From: Epithemia pelagica
Taxonomy: Eukaryota > Protista > Bacillariophyta
Length of the DNA: 64,000 nucleotides
Assembly (NCBI GenBank): GCA_946965045.2
Contig: OX337232.1
Span: forward strand, 3,348,001-3,412,000
Direction: 5' to 3'
Position 1 is the stretch's first letter; each line of letters opens with the position of its first letter. The translations under genes were made by a program, and so were the position numbers. Shown here one piece after another: positions 9,162 through 20,035 of this stretch. The notes under the pieces were generated by a model. It saw nothing but the letters and a program-made list of their open reading frames with translations. It did no database searches and had not been told where the DNA came from.

Positions 9162-12035
9162 ATGACTTTCTCTGGTTCTAATCCGTTCCTCGAAGATCTC
9201 CTTCCGAAAAAATCGTCGTCGGCGAAAGGATCCGATCCCTCTGCTCCTTTTTCGTCTGCTCCCGTGGCAGCCATCGTCTCCCAACCTGACGATTCGAAGG
9301 ACGATAAGAAACCTCCCGCCTCCAGCAGCAAGTCCTCCCTCAAGGCTCATGCTCCTAAGGAAGATGATGATGCTTACTCGGTCGAGTCTGATTCCGAAGC
9401 CCAAGAGAAACTCTTTGCTGAAGCCAAGACCATCTCTGTCCTCAACGACAAGATCAAGAAACTCCAGGCCCCGCCTCCCTCTGCTCCCAAACGCTCCGAC
9501 TCTCTCCTTGAAGACTCCGACGCAGCTGATGGTGGCGATGAGTTTATCCTCGCCGACGGAACGATCGGTACTGATCCTGCCAAAGGGAATTCCCCCTCTC
9601 CTTTTCGTGCAGGCGCCTACCGCCACGAGTTTTACTTTACCCAGGACTTCCACACCCTTGAAGACAAGTCCCTTGACTTTATTTTCTCCGAACTCGCGAA
9701 GACCGAACCGATCGACTGGTGCGACTCTTTCTTCCAACCTTTTCACGTTACACTGACTCGTGATCCATCCCTTTGGTCGGAGGTTTGCTCCAGCTTCAAT
9801 CGTCTCACCTCCGCTGACGATCTTCATGTTTGGCTGACCTCCAAGACGAAGAATCATCCATTTGCATTGTTGGGTTTGTCTCGCAATGGAAATCCCTTTC
9901 TCTTCCACAATCTTTGTTGCCCGGCAGATTGTGGTTCATTCTTCGACCCCCAGATTCCATTTTATGGCCTCAATCGCATTTCTTTTGAGTCCATCCCGTT
10001 CCAACTTGACACTGATGACATCCCCCTACTTTTGAGCGACCATGTTTTCTCCCAAGTCCCCACTTTTGCGGAGATCCTCGAGCATTGTGTTGTGGAGGTT
10101 GACGACTTCTCCCCGTCGTCCTCTGTCCCTCACCTGACCTTCGACTCATCCAAGTTCAAGAATCTTTCAGTAGCTTCCGCCTCCTCCTCTTCATTGAAGA
10201 AAGATCGCGAATTTGTTTGCTCAAGCCTATGTCTCGTGCCGCCTTGCCTCTCAGGACTCATGCTCCATAACACCGACGCATCGAACCATAACGTCAATAT
10301 TCCGTTTGAAGACTTGGCCAGTGGACTTTATAAGGTTGCCCTCCACCATTGGTGGACAGCCTCTTTGGATAGCTCTATGGAAACCAAGCAAAAGGGAATG
10401 CCGACGGATTACCCCCTCCTCATGATTCAGGAACCCATTCTCCGTTTTCTCTGGGTCGTCCTCCATCGTCGCGATAACCCCAAGTTGCAGATTGTCTTTC
10501 CATCGATCCCCAAGGATCCCTTGAAGGCGAAATCCACATTGTTGAGTCATCGCTCTCGCCTTTTTCCCAATCCTCCCCCCCAGCCCCACACGACTCCACC
10601 ATCATCTCGACGCCCTTCCTTGCGTCGTTCCTCGTCCAACAGCGTTCGTTTCCAGTCACAACCGCCGGTTGATTGTTCGATTCCCCAAGATGGATCTCCC
10701 CCGACCAATCCTCATACCTCGAACAGTAGTGGTGTGCGAATGCTCGATGACGAAGGCAACGTTCATTTCGTCTCACCAGAAATGTTCCTGCTTTCGAAGT
10801 GCATCAAAGAGATGTCCTCGAAGAAAAATGGCAACGAAGATGACATCACTGCCCCAGAGTCAAAGAGCATGTTTCGAGACATGCCTTTGAATGCTCAAAA
10901 ACAACTCCGTCTCGGTTCGATCTCCTCCTCAGCCCTTTCACTCCCAGAAGACCTTTTACCAGCCATCAAGATCGTGTGGAAATCGAAGAACTCCGCCACA
11001 TTTTTCGAGTCCTTCCTAGCCGAAGTCTTTGACCCAGCCGACAATGCCTGTACCATCCTTTTCGGACAATGTACAGTGATCCAACGTCTTGGGCTACGTT
11101 GGAAATCGGAAGCGTGCCCTGGAGGCTTTAGCCCCTTTTCTTTCGATCCGTATGCCATTCCAGGCTTGGATTCCAACCAAACACTCGACAAAAATATTCG
11201 GCAGCAAATCCACGATGCTTCACTATGTCATCTTAATGACATGAAGCAATCGAAGGAAATGCAACAACTTTACTCGGATCACAATCTCTTCTTTCCGAGG
11301 ACGGCAGACGAGTTTGAAACCCAACTTCGATCCTTTTGGGCCTGTGCCAAAGGCCTTTGTGGCGCATCATCCATGATTGCAAACCAAATTCTGAAAGTCC
11401 TGAATTTCTACCACCAATTCAGGACCAAAATCATGGCAAAACAGTTGAGTTCGGGCAACGATTTTTATTTCGGCCAATTCTTATTCGCCATCGACGAGGC
11501 TGTCCAAGAATTCGTTTCCACCCTTTCCAGTGCTTCATCGCTTGCTGACGTGGGTTTCAAGGACTTTGAAGAGCGTGTAAATTGGATCTTGTTCACAGTC
11601 AAGACTGGTTCGACTTTAGTCTCCCTCCCTCCGGCACTCCAAGCTAAGTTTCAAGCGAATCAATTGAAGAACTCCCAGAAGAAACGTTCTGGAGGCTCTG
11701 ATGACGGTTCCCCAAGCTCCAAACGTCAACAAAGCTCTTCCTCCTCCAATTCCGATCCACAGAAGACTGCAGCGACTTTCGACTCTCCATCAAACTGGCG
11801 TCTCCCGGCTGATTCGAACTATATGCAAGTCTTCCCCCCCACGGTCCTCATCAACATTCCCTTCATCGAGAAAAATGGTAAAAAGAAACACTTCTGCAAC
11901 GTTCTTTTCTCCAAAGGAATCTGCAAGAAAGGCAAGAAATGCAAGTTTCTTCACGACGACCCAAGCAAACACAACAAGAAGGATGCCATGGATAAATTTT
12001 ATCGGTCGGCATACGCCAACGTCAATCGCAATTGA
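9162..12035 (+). CDS. Ngaro ORF1, Gag-like protein with C-terminal CCCH zinc finger
   Basis: First ATG at 9162, 958 codons including the stop. C-terminal CNVLFSKGICKKGKKCKFLH (C-x8-C-x5-C-x3-H). Lies directly after repeat A1. Confidence 0.85.
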   Translation: MTFSGSNPFLEDLLPKKSSSAKGSDPSAPFSSAPVAAIVSQPDDSKDDKKPPASSSKSSLKAHAPKEDDDAYSVESDSEAQEKLFAEAKTISVLNDKIKKLQAPPPSAPKRSDSLLEDSDAADGGDEFILADGTIGTDPAKGNSPSPFRAGAYRHEFYFTQDFHTLEDKSLDFIFSELAKTEPIDWCDSFFQPFHVTLTRDPSLWSEVCSSFNRLTSADDLHVWLTSKTKNHPFALLGLSRNGNPFLFHNLCCPADCGSFFDPQIPFYGLNRISFESIPFQLDTDDIPLLLSDHVFSQVPTFAEILEHCVVEVDDFSPSSSVPHLTFDSSKFKNLSVASASSSSLKKDREFVCSSLCLVPPCLSGLMLHNTDASNHNVNIPFEDLASGLYKVALHHWWTASLDSSMETKQKGMPTDYPLLMIQEPILRFLWVVLHRRDNPKLQIVFPSIPKDPLKAKSTLLSHRSRLFPNPPPQPHTTPPSSRRPSLRRSSSNSVRFQSQPPVDCSIPQDGSPPTNPHTSNSSGVRMLDDEGNVHFVSPEMFLLSKCIKEMSSKKNGNEDDITAPESKSMFRDMPLNAQKQLRLGSISSSALSLPEDLLPAIKIVWKSKNSATFFESFLAEVFDPADNACTILFGQCTVIQRLGLRWKSEACPGGFSPFSFDPYAIPGLDSNQTLDKNIRQQIHDASLCHLNDMKQSKEMQQLYSDHNLFFPRTADEFETQLRSFWACAKGLCGASSMIANQILKVLNFYHQFRTKIMAKQLSSGNDFYFGQFLFAIDEAVQEFVSTLSSASSLADVGFKDFEERVNWILFTVKTGSTLVSLPPALQAKFQANQLKNSQKKRSGGSDDGSPSSKRQQSSSSSNSDPQKTAATFDSPSNWRLPADSNYMQVFPPTVLINIPFIEKNGKKKHFCNVLFSKGICKKGKKCKFLHDDPSKHNKKDAMDKFYRSAYANVNRN

Positions 12036-15000
12036 CGCCAGGACGGGTTGATTGCTGCCTCATCCTCAACTCCTTCTCCTTTGTTGCGAGACGACTCTCA
12101 ACCCACCCTTAATAATAATACTATAGTTGCGGAGTCTTCTTTTCCTTCGAAGCCTCTTGCTCCATCCCCACCACCCTCACCCAACATCATCCCATCCTTT
12201 CTCCCACCTTTGGCGATACCATCATCTGACCACAAACCTAAGATCCCACGCACTGCGAACCCTTTTCTGGTGCATCATATCACTCAAGCTTATTCAAGAC
12301 ACCCCGAGACCCGTCAACGAGAACTCTCCGACTTGATCTCATCCGTTCAGAATCAATGTGTCATCACGTCTGATTCCATTCCCAAGATCTCGTCGTCCGT
12401 TGATACACCGTCCCCTACTCCCACGACTGCCACCAGTCACCCCCGACCAACTTCTAAGGATCTCCCAAGAGAATCTCTTACCGTTGGCAACTCTACAAGA
12501 CCCCCAAGTCCCCCAAGTTCTCATTTCGAAAATCTATCCTCACAAATCGAGAAGACCCTCCCAGGCAGCTCTTCAGCGATAATTGGATCCGATTTCTCGG
12601 GTAAGCCACTAGCGCGGAACGTCAAAAGATTGGAACAAGCACGACAAGCGGATTTAAAATTACTAGGTGAGTCTATATATGATGTCGACACGGAATCCGT
12701 TCCCCCAAGTTCCCAGCACTGCTATCTCCCCAACAAGATCTCCATGATTTTCCCATCAAGACTCGCTCCTCCCCCACTCCAAGATGTGTGCCACCCTTTG
12801 GACCTTTCCACCATCCTCAAGATTGCCAATCACAAACCGCCAACACCCAAGCCCTCCCCCTTTCGTCACTCCATTGACGATGACGTTGTCCTATCAAATG
12901 CGACTTTCAACTCACAGCTGATTGAAAGCTTCGACTTTGATCTGCAACGACTGATTGACAGCCACCCCGGTTCCGTCATCACCCCAGGATCCGAATTCCG
13001 CACAGCGGAAATCTTGGAACCGCTCCTAGCCGGCCACCCATACTGGTCACGGTTCCACCACAACATCACGCAGGGTGTCTCATACCCTCTCACAGCTGAG
13101 GAAGAAGAGCCAGCCCGACGCGCTGAGAACGAGGCAATCCTCGAATACGGCAACCACGCCTCTGGTAAGAAAAACCCTGACGCTCTTTCCAAAGTCCTTC
13201 GAAAAGACGCGTCCAAGGGTTTTTCCCTCCCCATCACGTTTCTCTGCGCAACCGAGATCAAACATAGCAGGATCAGCCCAATGGGAGTAGCCCACCAAAT
13301 GGGCATCGATGCCAATGGCGATCTTGTTCCCAAAGACCGCTTGACACACGACCAGTCCTTTTCCCTCGGATTTTGCCCCTCGACCAACGACTTGATCGAC
13401 CAAAGCAAATTGATTGACCTGGTGATGGGCCACTGTTTAGACCGTGTTCTCCACCAGATTGTTGCATTACGTTGGAAATTTCCCACCGATCGCATCCTCA
13501 TCAGCAAGTTTGATTGGTCATCTGCCTATCGTCGCGTCCATGGCGATGGCGATGTCGCAGCAAGGAATATTACCATTGACCCCTCCAATTCCTTTGCTCA
13601 CCTCAATCTACGGTTGACCTTTGGAGCATCCGCCAACCCGGCCGAATTTTCCATCGTCTCGGAAATCGGAACAGACTTCTGCAACGACCTGGCCGATTTC
13701 GATGAATGGCAGCCAGACCTTTGTCAATCGCCACTCCAGGAAGGAATTGGAGGACCCAAGTATTTACCAGAGGAAGTTCCACTCGTCGCAGCATGTGAAT
13801 TGGCAGTCTCTGTCCCACCACGTCCCCATGGTTTTCACGACTCATATCTGGATGATATGATCCAAGTCTTCCTTGCAACCAACCCTCACCTTGGCCGATG
13901 TCCAAGCATCGTCCCCCTCGTCGTCCATCTCATGACAAGACCAGTTGCAAAGGATGAGCCAATTACACGAAAAGACATGCTGGAAGCTGATAAACTTGAA
14001 GCCGAAGGTGCACCCGCTGAAGAACAACGAGTTCTCGGGTGGATTGTTGACACAAGACGACTTCTCCTTCGTCTTCCAAAAGATAAACTGATTGGTTGGA
14101 CCCGAGAAGTCCAACATCTTCTCAAGACCCGTCGAACCACCTTCCACAACCTCCGTAGCTTGATTGGCAAATTACTACATGCCACGAAAGGCATACCCCA
14201 CGCATCCTTTTGGTTGTCTCGCCTTCGCGAGTACCAAACCTTCATTGAACGGGCGTTCCGACAAAAACAGAAAGCAAAACCACCAGAGACGAACAAGAAT
14301 CCGAAACGTCCTCGACCCAACCGAGACGTACCTCCAGCATTCTATCGGTACTCCATTCCAGACTCCATCGCCAAGGATCTTGAAATGTGGCCGTCTCTCC
14401 TTCAACACTCCCACGACGGCATCTCACTCAACCGACTAGTTTGTCGCGTACCCACGCATCTCTTCCATGCAGACTCATGCCCTGAAGGAATGGGTGGTTA
14501 CTCTGTTCGATCCGGCAGAGCATGGCGATTCCAAATCGACCAATCAAGACTCGAAGCTCTTGCCCAACTCGACCCATCATCCACCAACACACGCACCAAT
14601 AACCTTTTTGAGTACATCGCAATTGTTGTGTCGATGTGGGTTGATTGTTGGTTCGATGACATCGATGAAAACTCGGCCGTACTGAGTCTCTCCGACAACT
14701 CATCCGCCGTCGGCTGGATGTACAAATCGTCCTTCGGTTCCGATAAGCCACTACACGTCCAAGTCTCGAAGAAACTGACCGACTTGATTCTCCACCACAA
14801 GTTTGCCCTTCAAGCGGAACACATCCCTGGGAGCAAGAACGACGTGTCAGACATCCTGTCAAGATACTGGTCTCTTAACGATAATGATCTTACCCTTTTT
14901 CTTCATGAAAATTTTATGTCGCAGATTCCAGAGAATTTTCACATCAGTCCCTTGCCCAACGAAATACTATGTTGGATCTCCTCGATCGTGCCAGCGTGTC

Positions 15001-15590
15001 CCGAATCTTCTTCGGCAAAACCGAAGGGTCGCACCAAAAGCGCGATCAATGCTGGGAGCGATGGACAGAACATCTTGACAAGATCGGATTCGGTCACGAC
15101 CCGCTCCTTGAATCCATCCGAGCAACCAACCACAGAGCCAGCATTGCATGCTCCTTCTTGCAATCCCTCCGCGATGCCGAATTCACCCCCAATCGCGACC
15201 GCTCGAACCCTCTTCGAGCAAGCACTCTTGGCCAAGCCATTGGAGACTTGGCATCGTGCTTCCGGCATCACGACCGGCCGAGCCCCTGCCACAGTCAAGA
15301 CAGCCATCACCTCCACCCCCTCGTCGCTTCCCTCAAACGCGCGTGGTCAAATCTGGATCCCCCCGAGAAACGAGAAAAAGCAGTCACCGCAAAGCACCTC
15401 CGATTTCTCTGGTTCCATTGCTGTCGAACAAACAAACTCACCAACCCACCAAGAGTCTACGACTTCTCCACATTCAAGGCCGTCGTCGCCGACCTTGCCG
15501 GCTGTGGGTTCTTCTTCGGCTGTCGCAGTTGCGAACTCACAACCGTACCCCACCGAGGAAAAACAAAACTCCTTACAATCGGAGATGTAG
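12036..15590 (+). CDS. Ngaro ORF2, reverse transcriptase + RNase H (in frame with ORF1 after one TGA)
   Basis: RT motifs ISKFDWSSAYRR, LTFGASANP, SYLDD. RNase H motifs ADSCPEGMGG, LFEYIAIVV, LSDNSSAVGW, HIPGSKNDVSDILSR. First in-frame ATG is not until 12744. Confidence 0.93.
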   Translation, partial: RQDGLIAASSSTPSPLLRDDSQPTLNNNTIVAESSFPSKPLAPSPPPSPNIIPSFLPPLAIPSSDHKPKIPRTANPFLVHHITQAYSRHPETRQRELSDLISSVQNQCVITSDSIPKISSSVDTPSPTPTTATSHPRPTSKDLPRESLTVGNSTRPPSPPSSHFENLSSQIEKTLPGSSSAIIGSDFSGKPLARNVKRLEQARQADLKLLGESIYDVDTESVPPSSQHCYLPNKISMIFPSRLAPPPLQDVCHPLDLSTILKIANHKPPTPKPSPFRHSIDDDVVLSNATFNSQLIESFDFDLQRLIDSHPGSVITPGSEFRTAEILEPLLAGHPYWSRFHHNITQGVSYPLTAEEEEPARRAENEAILEYGNHASGKKNPDALSKVLRKDASKGFSLPITFLCATEIKHSRISPMGVAHQMGIDANGDLVPKDRLTHDQSFSLGFCPSTNDLIDQSKLIDLVMGHCLDRVLHQIVALRWKFPTDRILISKFDWSSAYRRVHGDGDVAARNITIDPSNSFAHLNLRLTFGASANPAEFSIVSEIGTDFCNDLADFDEWQPDLCQSPLQEGIGGPKYLPEEVPLVAACELAVSVPPRPHGFHDSYLDDMIQVFLATNPHLGRCPSIVPLVVHLMTRPVAKDEPITRKDMLEADKLEAEGAPAEEQRVLGWIVDTRRLLLRLPKDKLIGWTREVQHLLKTRRTTFHNLRSLIGKLLHATKGIPHASFWLSRLREYQTFIERAFRQKQKAKPPETNKNPKRPRPNRDVPPAFYRYSIPDSIAKDLEMWPSLLQHSHDGISLNRLVCRVPTHLFHADSCPEGMGGYSVRSGRAWRFQIDQSRLEALAQLDPSSTNTRTNNLFEYIAIVVSMWVDCWFDDIDENSAVLSLSDNSSAVGWMYKSSFGSDKPLHVQVSKKLTDLILHHKFALQAEHIPGSKNDVSDILSRYWSLNDNDLTLFLHENFMSQIPENFHISPLPNEILCWISSIVPACPESSSAKPKGRTKSAINAGSDGQNILTRSDSVTTRSLNPSEQPTTEPALHAPSCNPSAMPNSPPIATARTLFEQALLAKPLETWHRASGITTGRAPATVKTAITSTPSSLPSNARGQIWIPPRNEKKQSPQSTSDFSGSIAVEQTNSPTHQESTTSPHSRPSSPTLPAVGSSSAVAVANSQPYPTEEKQNSLQSEM

Positions 15591-16333
15591 TCTTCTACAC
15601 GGCAAAGAAACACGAAACAATCGCCGCAAATCACCCCAACTTTCACCATCTCGCGAAGTATGTATCCATCACCTTTCGCGACCAGAAGAACAACCACAAA
15701 GCAGAAACACGGACTCAAAGCCGGACCAGCGATCCCGTACTCGACCCTGTCCTCCTCTGGGGCCGAGTCATTCGCAGAATCCTGCACTACCGTCCAAAAG
15801 CCCCTCCAACCACCACTGTAAATTGCTGGTATGACCCAACCAACCCATCTCTTCCTCCCCGTTTCGTCCGACAGGAAGACACTCGCAACCTGTTACGCGA
15901 AACCTGTGTATTGGGCGGCGGATTCAACGCCTTCGGCTACCACCCAATGGACATCGGGACGCATTCCCTTCGATCAGGAGCAGCCATGGCTCTCTTCCTG
16001 GCTGATTGTTCTGTCACCAAGATTATGATCTTGGGGCGATGGAGTTCGACAGCATTTATGAGATACATTCGACCCCAAGTACTCGAATGGACAACCGGCA
16101 TGGCTCAACTCATGCTTACAACAACGGACTTTCGCCATGTCGATAACTCCACAGCAGCTTCCCGCGTCGCCTCCTTGGAAAACCTGCGGAATCGACTCGA
16201 CAACCTTCTTGATCCAGCGCTTCAAACCAACAGCGAAACTGGTCTCGAATCACCGGATGAAAACCTCTTTAACACCTTCAATGGCCAAGATCCCCAACAT
16301 CACTTCCCCAACACTCTCCATCTCGACTTCTAG
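14969..16333 (+). CDS. Ngaro ORF3, tyrosine recombinase
   Basis: ATG at 14969. Catalytic R (GCRSCEL), HSLRSG (H-x-x-R), LGRW and Y (FMRY). Overlaps ORF2 by 622 bp in another frame. Confidence 0.95.
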   Translation: MLDLLDRASVSRIFFGKTEGSHQKRDQCWERWTEHLDKIGFGHDPLLESIRATNHRASIACSFLQSLRDAEFTPNRDRSNPLRASTLGQAIGDLASCFRHHDRPSPCHSQDSHHLHPLVASLKRAWSNLDPPEKREKAVTAKHLRFLWFHCCRTNKLTNPPRVYDFSTFKAVVADLAGCGFFFGCRSCELTTVPHRGKTKLLTIGDVVFYTAKKHETIAANHPNFHHLAKYVSITFRDQKNNHKAETRTQSRTSDPVLDPVLLWGRVIRRILHYRPKAPPTTTVNCWYDPTNPSLPPRFVRQEDTRNLLRETCVLGGGFNAFGYHPMDIGTHSLRSGAAMALFLADCSVTKIMILGRWSSTAFMRYIRPQVLEWTTGMAQLMLTTTDFRHVDNSTAASRVASLENLRNRLDNLLDPALQTNSETGLESPDENLFNTFNGQDPQHHFPNTLHLDF

Positions 16334-16377
16334 CCCAGCTGGACATCGTTGGATTGTAATATCGGGTTTGATGGTAG

Positions 16378-16550
16378 TGGAGCCATTTTTGGTTTCAGAG
16401 GCCTTCGGCAAAACTATGTGTCTATCGTTTAGATTTAGAATCTTGTTTACAAATCTCAACGGACCAAGTTTTCGGTGACAGAACCGACTGCGATCTCTCG
16501 GACAGACCGAAACGGCACGTGCCAAGGATGTTTGTCGTAGTGTCTCTTCG
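16378..16550 (+). repeat. Split direct repeat B1 (173 bp)
   Basis: TGGAGCCATTTTTGG...GTCTCTTCG; appears identical to 16820-16992. Confidence 0.95.
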
Positions 16551-16798
16551 TTGTCTGTACTGGGTGGAGTGACGTGGCCGATGCTGGCCAGACTCCGCGA
16601 CCGACAACAGAGGTGCGACTGCTCCGCCTCCTCGACGCGAGGCGAGCATCCGATTTGATTCCCACAATCGGAAGTTTTAGGATGACCCTGATGCAGAGTC
16701 GTTGGAGCGTGAGAAGAGCTCACTCTTCTTGGGTTCAGCATCTTTGCAACGACTACGAGACGAGTTCGAGATCGCAACGATTCTAGTTAGCTAATCTT
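16551..16798 (+). repeat. Split direct repeat A2 (248 bp)
   Basis: Copy of 8894-9141, abutting B1. Confidence 0.95.
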
Positions 16799-16819
16799 AA
16801 AATTTCCCCTTCCCCGCCC

Positions 16820-16992
16820 TGGAGCCATTTTTGGTTTCAGAGGCCTTCGGCAAAACTATGTGTCTATCGTTTAGATTTAGAATCTTGTTTACAAATCTCA
16901 ACGGACCAAGTTTTCGGTGACAGAACCGACTGCGATCTCTCGGACAGACCGAAACGGCACGTGCCAAGGATGTTTGTCGTAGTGTCTCTTCG
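16820..16992 (+). repeat. Split direct repeat B2 (173 bp)
   Basis: Copy of 16378-16550, after a 21-bp spacer (AAAATTTCCCCTTCCCCGCCC). Confidence 0.95.
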
Positions 16993-17679
16993 GGGTGTTG
17001 GTTCCCAGTTCCATATGCGCGCGCCCGTCGAGGTCGAGAGTTATCGGTCGTTCTCACAGTTTTCGGCACTCCCGTCTCCCTTTGTTCTCTCCTCTTGTCT
17101 CATAGCGTGCTCTCTATAATACAGACTGCGTGTGTGTGTGTGTCCTTTGTTTGGTGTGGAAACTGGTTTGTCAACAGCTCAAAATCATGCATGATGAAAC
17201 ACACACATAGACCAAAACACAGAACCAACCGAGAGGAGCAGGCAGACGGGACACTTCTCTCCACAACACACATGAATGTGTGAGACTGAGACAGACCAAA
17301 CGGTCCTATTCTATCCATAGTACAAGTAGTAGTGTGGCCGGGGCAAAATTCTCCTGCCTGCTCGTACAACTGCCACAAATTGACACAAATGGGACGGGGA
17401 CCATGCGGGTTTCGCTCTCCTGTTGCGGGTGGACAGGACGACCATTCCAGGAAACACAAGAATAACAACAACAACGACAACGACCACCCGCATCATGGAA
17501 TACTGCACTGTGAATCAACTACCACCACCAGGAACAGTACTAGTATTACAACATCACATATACAATAGTGGAAATCGCACCCACACACTTGCGCGCGTTG
17601 TGCGCTCGAAACGTGTGTGGTGTGGCCCGTCCACCCGTTCCTCGATACGTAGGTTTCAGTACGCCCAGTTCTCTGTTTC

Positions 17680-19155
17680 TCAATACAGCATGGGACACCA
17701 ACAGCAGGTGCCATGTCGTCGAATACCACAGGGACAGACACATCCACAACAATACAAATTGCAGAGTTTGAGCGCAATCGACGGTCGTTGACAAACATTG
17801 GCCGTACAATCGCCTTCGCCTTCAAACAAGGAATAGTCCAACAAGTGCAAGGCGGCCAAAATGGCCGCCTTTTGCGTGGCATCCATGGTGGCTGGAAGCG
17901 TGACGGAAAAGGTATCGGAACTATCGGAAATCAAGTCGGTCAAGAATTGCGTTTCATCCTTGGGTTTGTGCTTGGTAATGGTCCCCAATACCACCCGTTG
18001 TTGTTGTCGTCGTCGTCCGGATGGTTGCCTCGTGCTAGTAGGTGTGGCAGTGAGGGGCTTTTTCAAGTCTCCTTCATAAACGGTAAAGGTATGATCGCAG
18101 CAAATGCCTCCAATGCAACACAGGGACTCAGCTTGCAAGGTGGCCAGGACGGTTTCCCCCTCTCGATCCATAATTTCTAACGAGGGCGAAAGACCATTGC
18201 CACCCAAAAAGGGTTCTCGAACAATGGCAATCCGTTCTTCTTGTTGTGGACCACCACCCACTGTTGCTGCTGTCGTTGTTGTGGTTGATGATGCGGGTGG
18301 CAAGGCAATGTGCATTTCTTGTCGACAACAATCGCAACAGGAACAGCAACACCCCAATTTGCATTCGCGATCAAAATACAAGAGTGGTTGGTTGGTATTA
18401 GTGCTGCTGTTGCTGGCCGTTCGAACCGTCAATCGCAAGGAATGATGCGGTCGCATCAAACATCGACCGGTCCATCCAGCCAATTCCGATTCTTCGTCAA
18501 TGGTAAATTGCAACGTGCCCCGTTCTGTGGATGCTGGTGGGTGTGGATTGGTCGTTGTCGTCGTCGTCGTTGTGGTGTAGGCATTGTACTTGTTGGTTTG
18601 TTCTCCAATTCGGGAACAGCATCCGCCGACCCGAAACCAGCTGGCGACAAAGTTGGTCAACACTTCCAAGGCATCGAATCGTTGTTTCAACACCAGCTAT
18701 ATACAATAGAATAGAATAGAAAAGAATGGAATAGATGGTAGGATGTGTCGGTGCCGTGCCATCATGGTCGGGATGTTGTTGCACAGACCCCCCAAAAGAC
18801 AGAAACGAAAAAACCACAAAAGCAAGCAAGATGAGCAAGAAGCAAGCAGAACCCAACACCAAGGACTTGAAGTAGTTTCCTCCCATGTTCCAAATGGACA
18901 CCAACTAAAACTAGAGACCTAGACGACGACGACAAAACATCTCTCATTGTTGGACTCACTCACCTTGGTAGTGTCGGCCAAGGCATGTTCCAAAAGTTGT
19001 TGGGGAGTCGGTTCCGAATCGCTGTCGACATTCTTCTTCTTGTTCTTCTTCTTGTCAGCAGCGGCCTTGTTTTGTTGCTCCAACGAGTCCTTGAATTTCT
19101 CTCCGACCGCCTCCACAACCTTGGATCCAACGGCTTGCACGAGGAGACTGGCCAT
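17680..19155 (-). CDS. Phospholipid scramblase-family protein; exons 19155-18964 and 18696-17680
   Basis: Phase-0 intron 18963-18697 (AAG|GTGAGT ... TATAG|CTG) joins MASLLVQ...TTK to LVLKQRF. Cys-rich LGCCCSCCDCCRQEM, IAIVREPF, LGTITK and DTFSVTLPATMDATQKAAILAALHLLDYSLFE are typical of scramblases. Confidence 0.8.
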
Positions 19156-19286
19156 GGTGGTGGAGAAAAGATACCCCAACGTCCTCCACATCCAAGATCT
19201 ATTCTAACGCGACCGAAAGAGTCGCACGTCTGTGACTCCAAGTTTCGTGACTCTTCTAACTCTGCTATCCGTTATTTAAAAGATCA

Positions 19287-19337
<51 letters not shown>
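19287..19337. repeat. (GAC)n microsatellite, about 17 units
   Basis: Pure trinucleotide run upstream of the scramblase gene. Confidence 0.95.
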
Positions 19338-20035
19338 TACTTTAACTTCTTACTCCTCCTACATTTCTTTCCTTTCGAGTCTTTTGTTTGTCTATTCCTG
19401 TTACAACTGTCGAGTCACGACAAAGATCCAACAAAAAGGCATTGGTAGCACCAAAACAACAAATGGCCCCAAGCAACCATGCTGTTGTGAGTCGCGATAG
19501 GGGTAGAGGAATGAGACAGTATCCATAGATCCATTGTGTTTCTGCTGGCAGCGTCAATCTGCTTGTTGCTGTTCTCTTTCGTCCCTTGTTCTCGCGATAG
19601 AGATTGCAGGAAACCGAATGCGAATCGATCCAAACCTTACCCAGCACCGACAACAAGACACTCCCACTCGATCTCTAGAGGTCACTCGATTCCCCTATGG
19701 TGTGTTCGCATCGAGTGAGGTGTGTGAGGACAGGGACATTCTTTTCTCTTTTGGTCATCCCTCTTTAGACTCTTTTGACTTCTTGTTGTGCCGGTAGGAG
19801 ACACTTCTGTTGGTATCACTAGCTAGAGTCTAGCTACTTGGCTAGGTCTATCGCTGATTATTTTTGGCAAATAGGTATGGGGGTGGCTTAATAACCCAGT
19901 CAAGGGACATCAGCCTAAGCCCCCCCTTCATTTGGTGGGCATCGAATATCTCGAATCTCGGCTGATTGATTGAATCGGTGGATTGGGATTGAAAGCAAGA
20001 GGGCAACCCCAACATACTCGCAGTTTGGTTCCACA

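Larger units (their letters stand above)
8894..16992 (+). mobile_element. Full-length Ngaro-type (DIRS order) tyrosine-recombinase retrotransposon
   Basis: Split direct repeats in the A1-[gag, RT/RNaseH, YR]-B1-A2-B2 arrangement; three intact ORFs; no target-site duplication. Confidence 0.95.

Noticed and set aside
17095-17600. Short ORFs between the Ngaro element and the scramblase stop
   Set aside because: Microsatellite-rich with no coding signature; probably UTR or intergenic.
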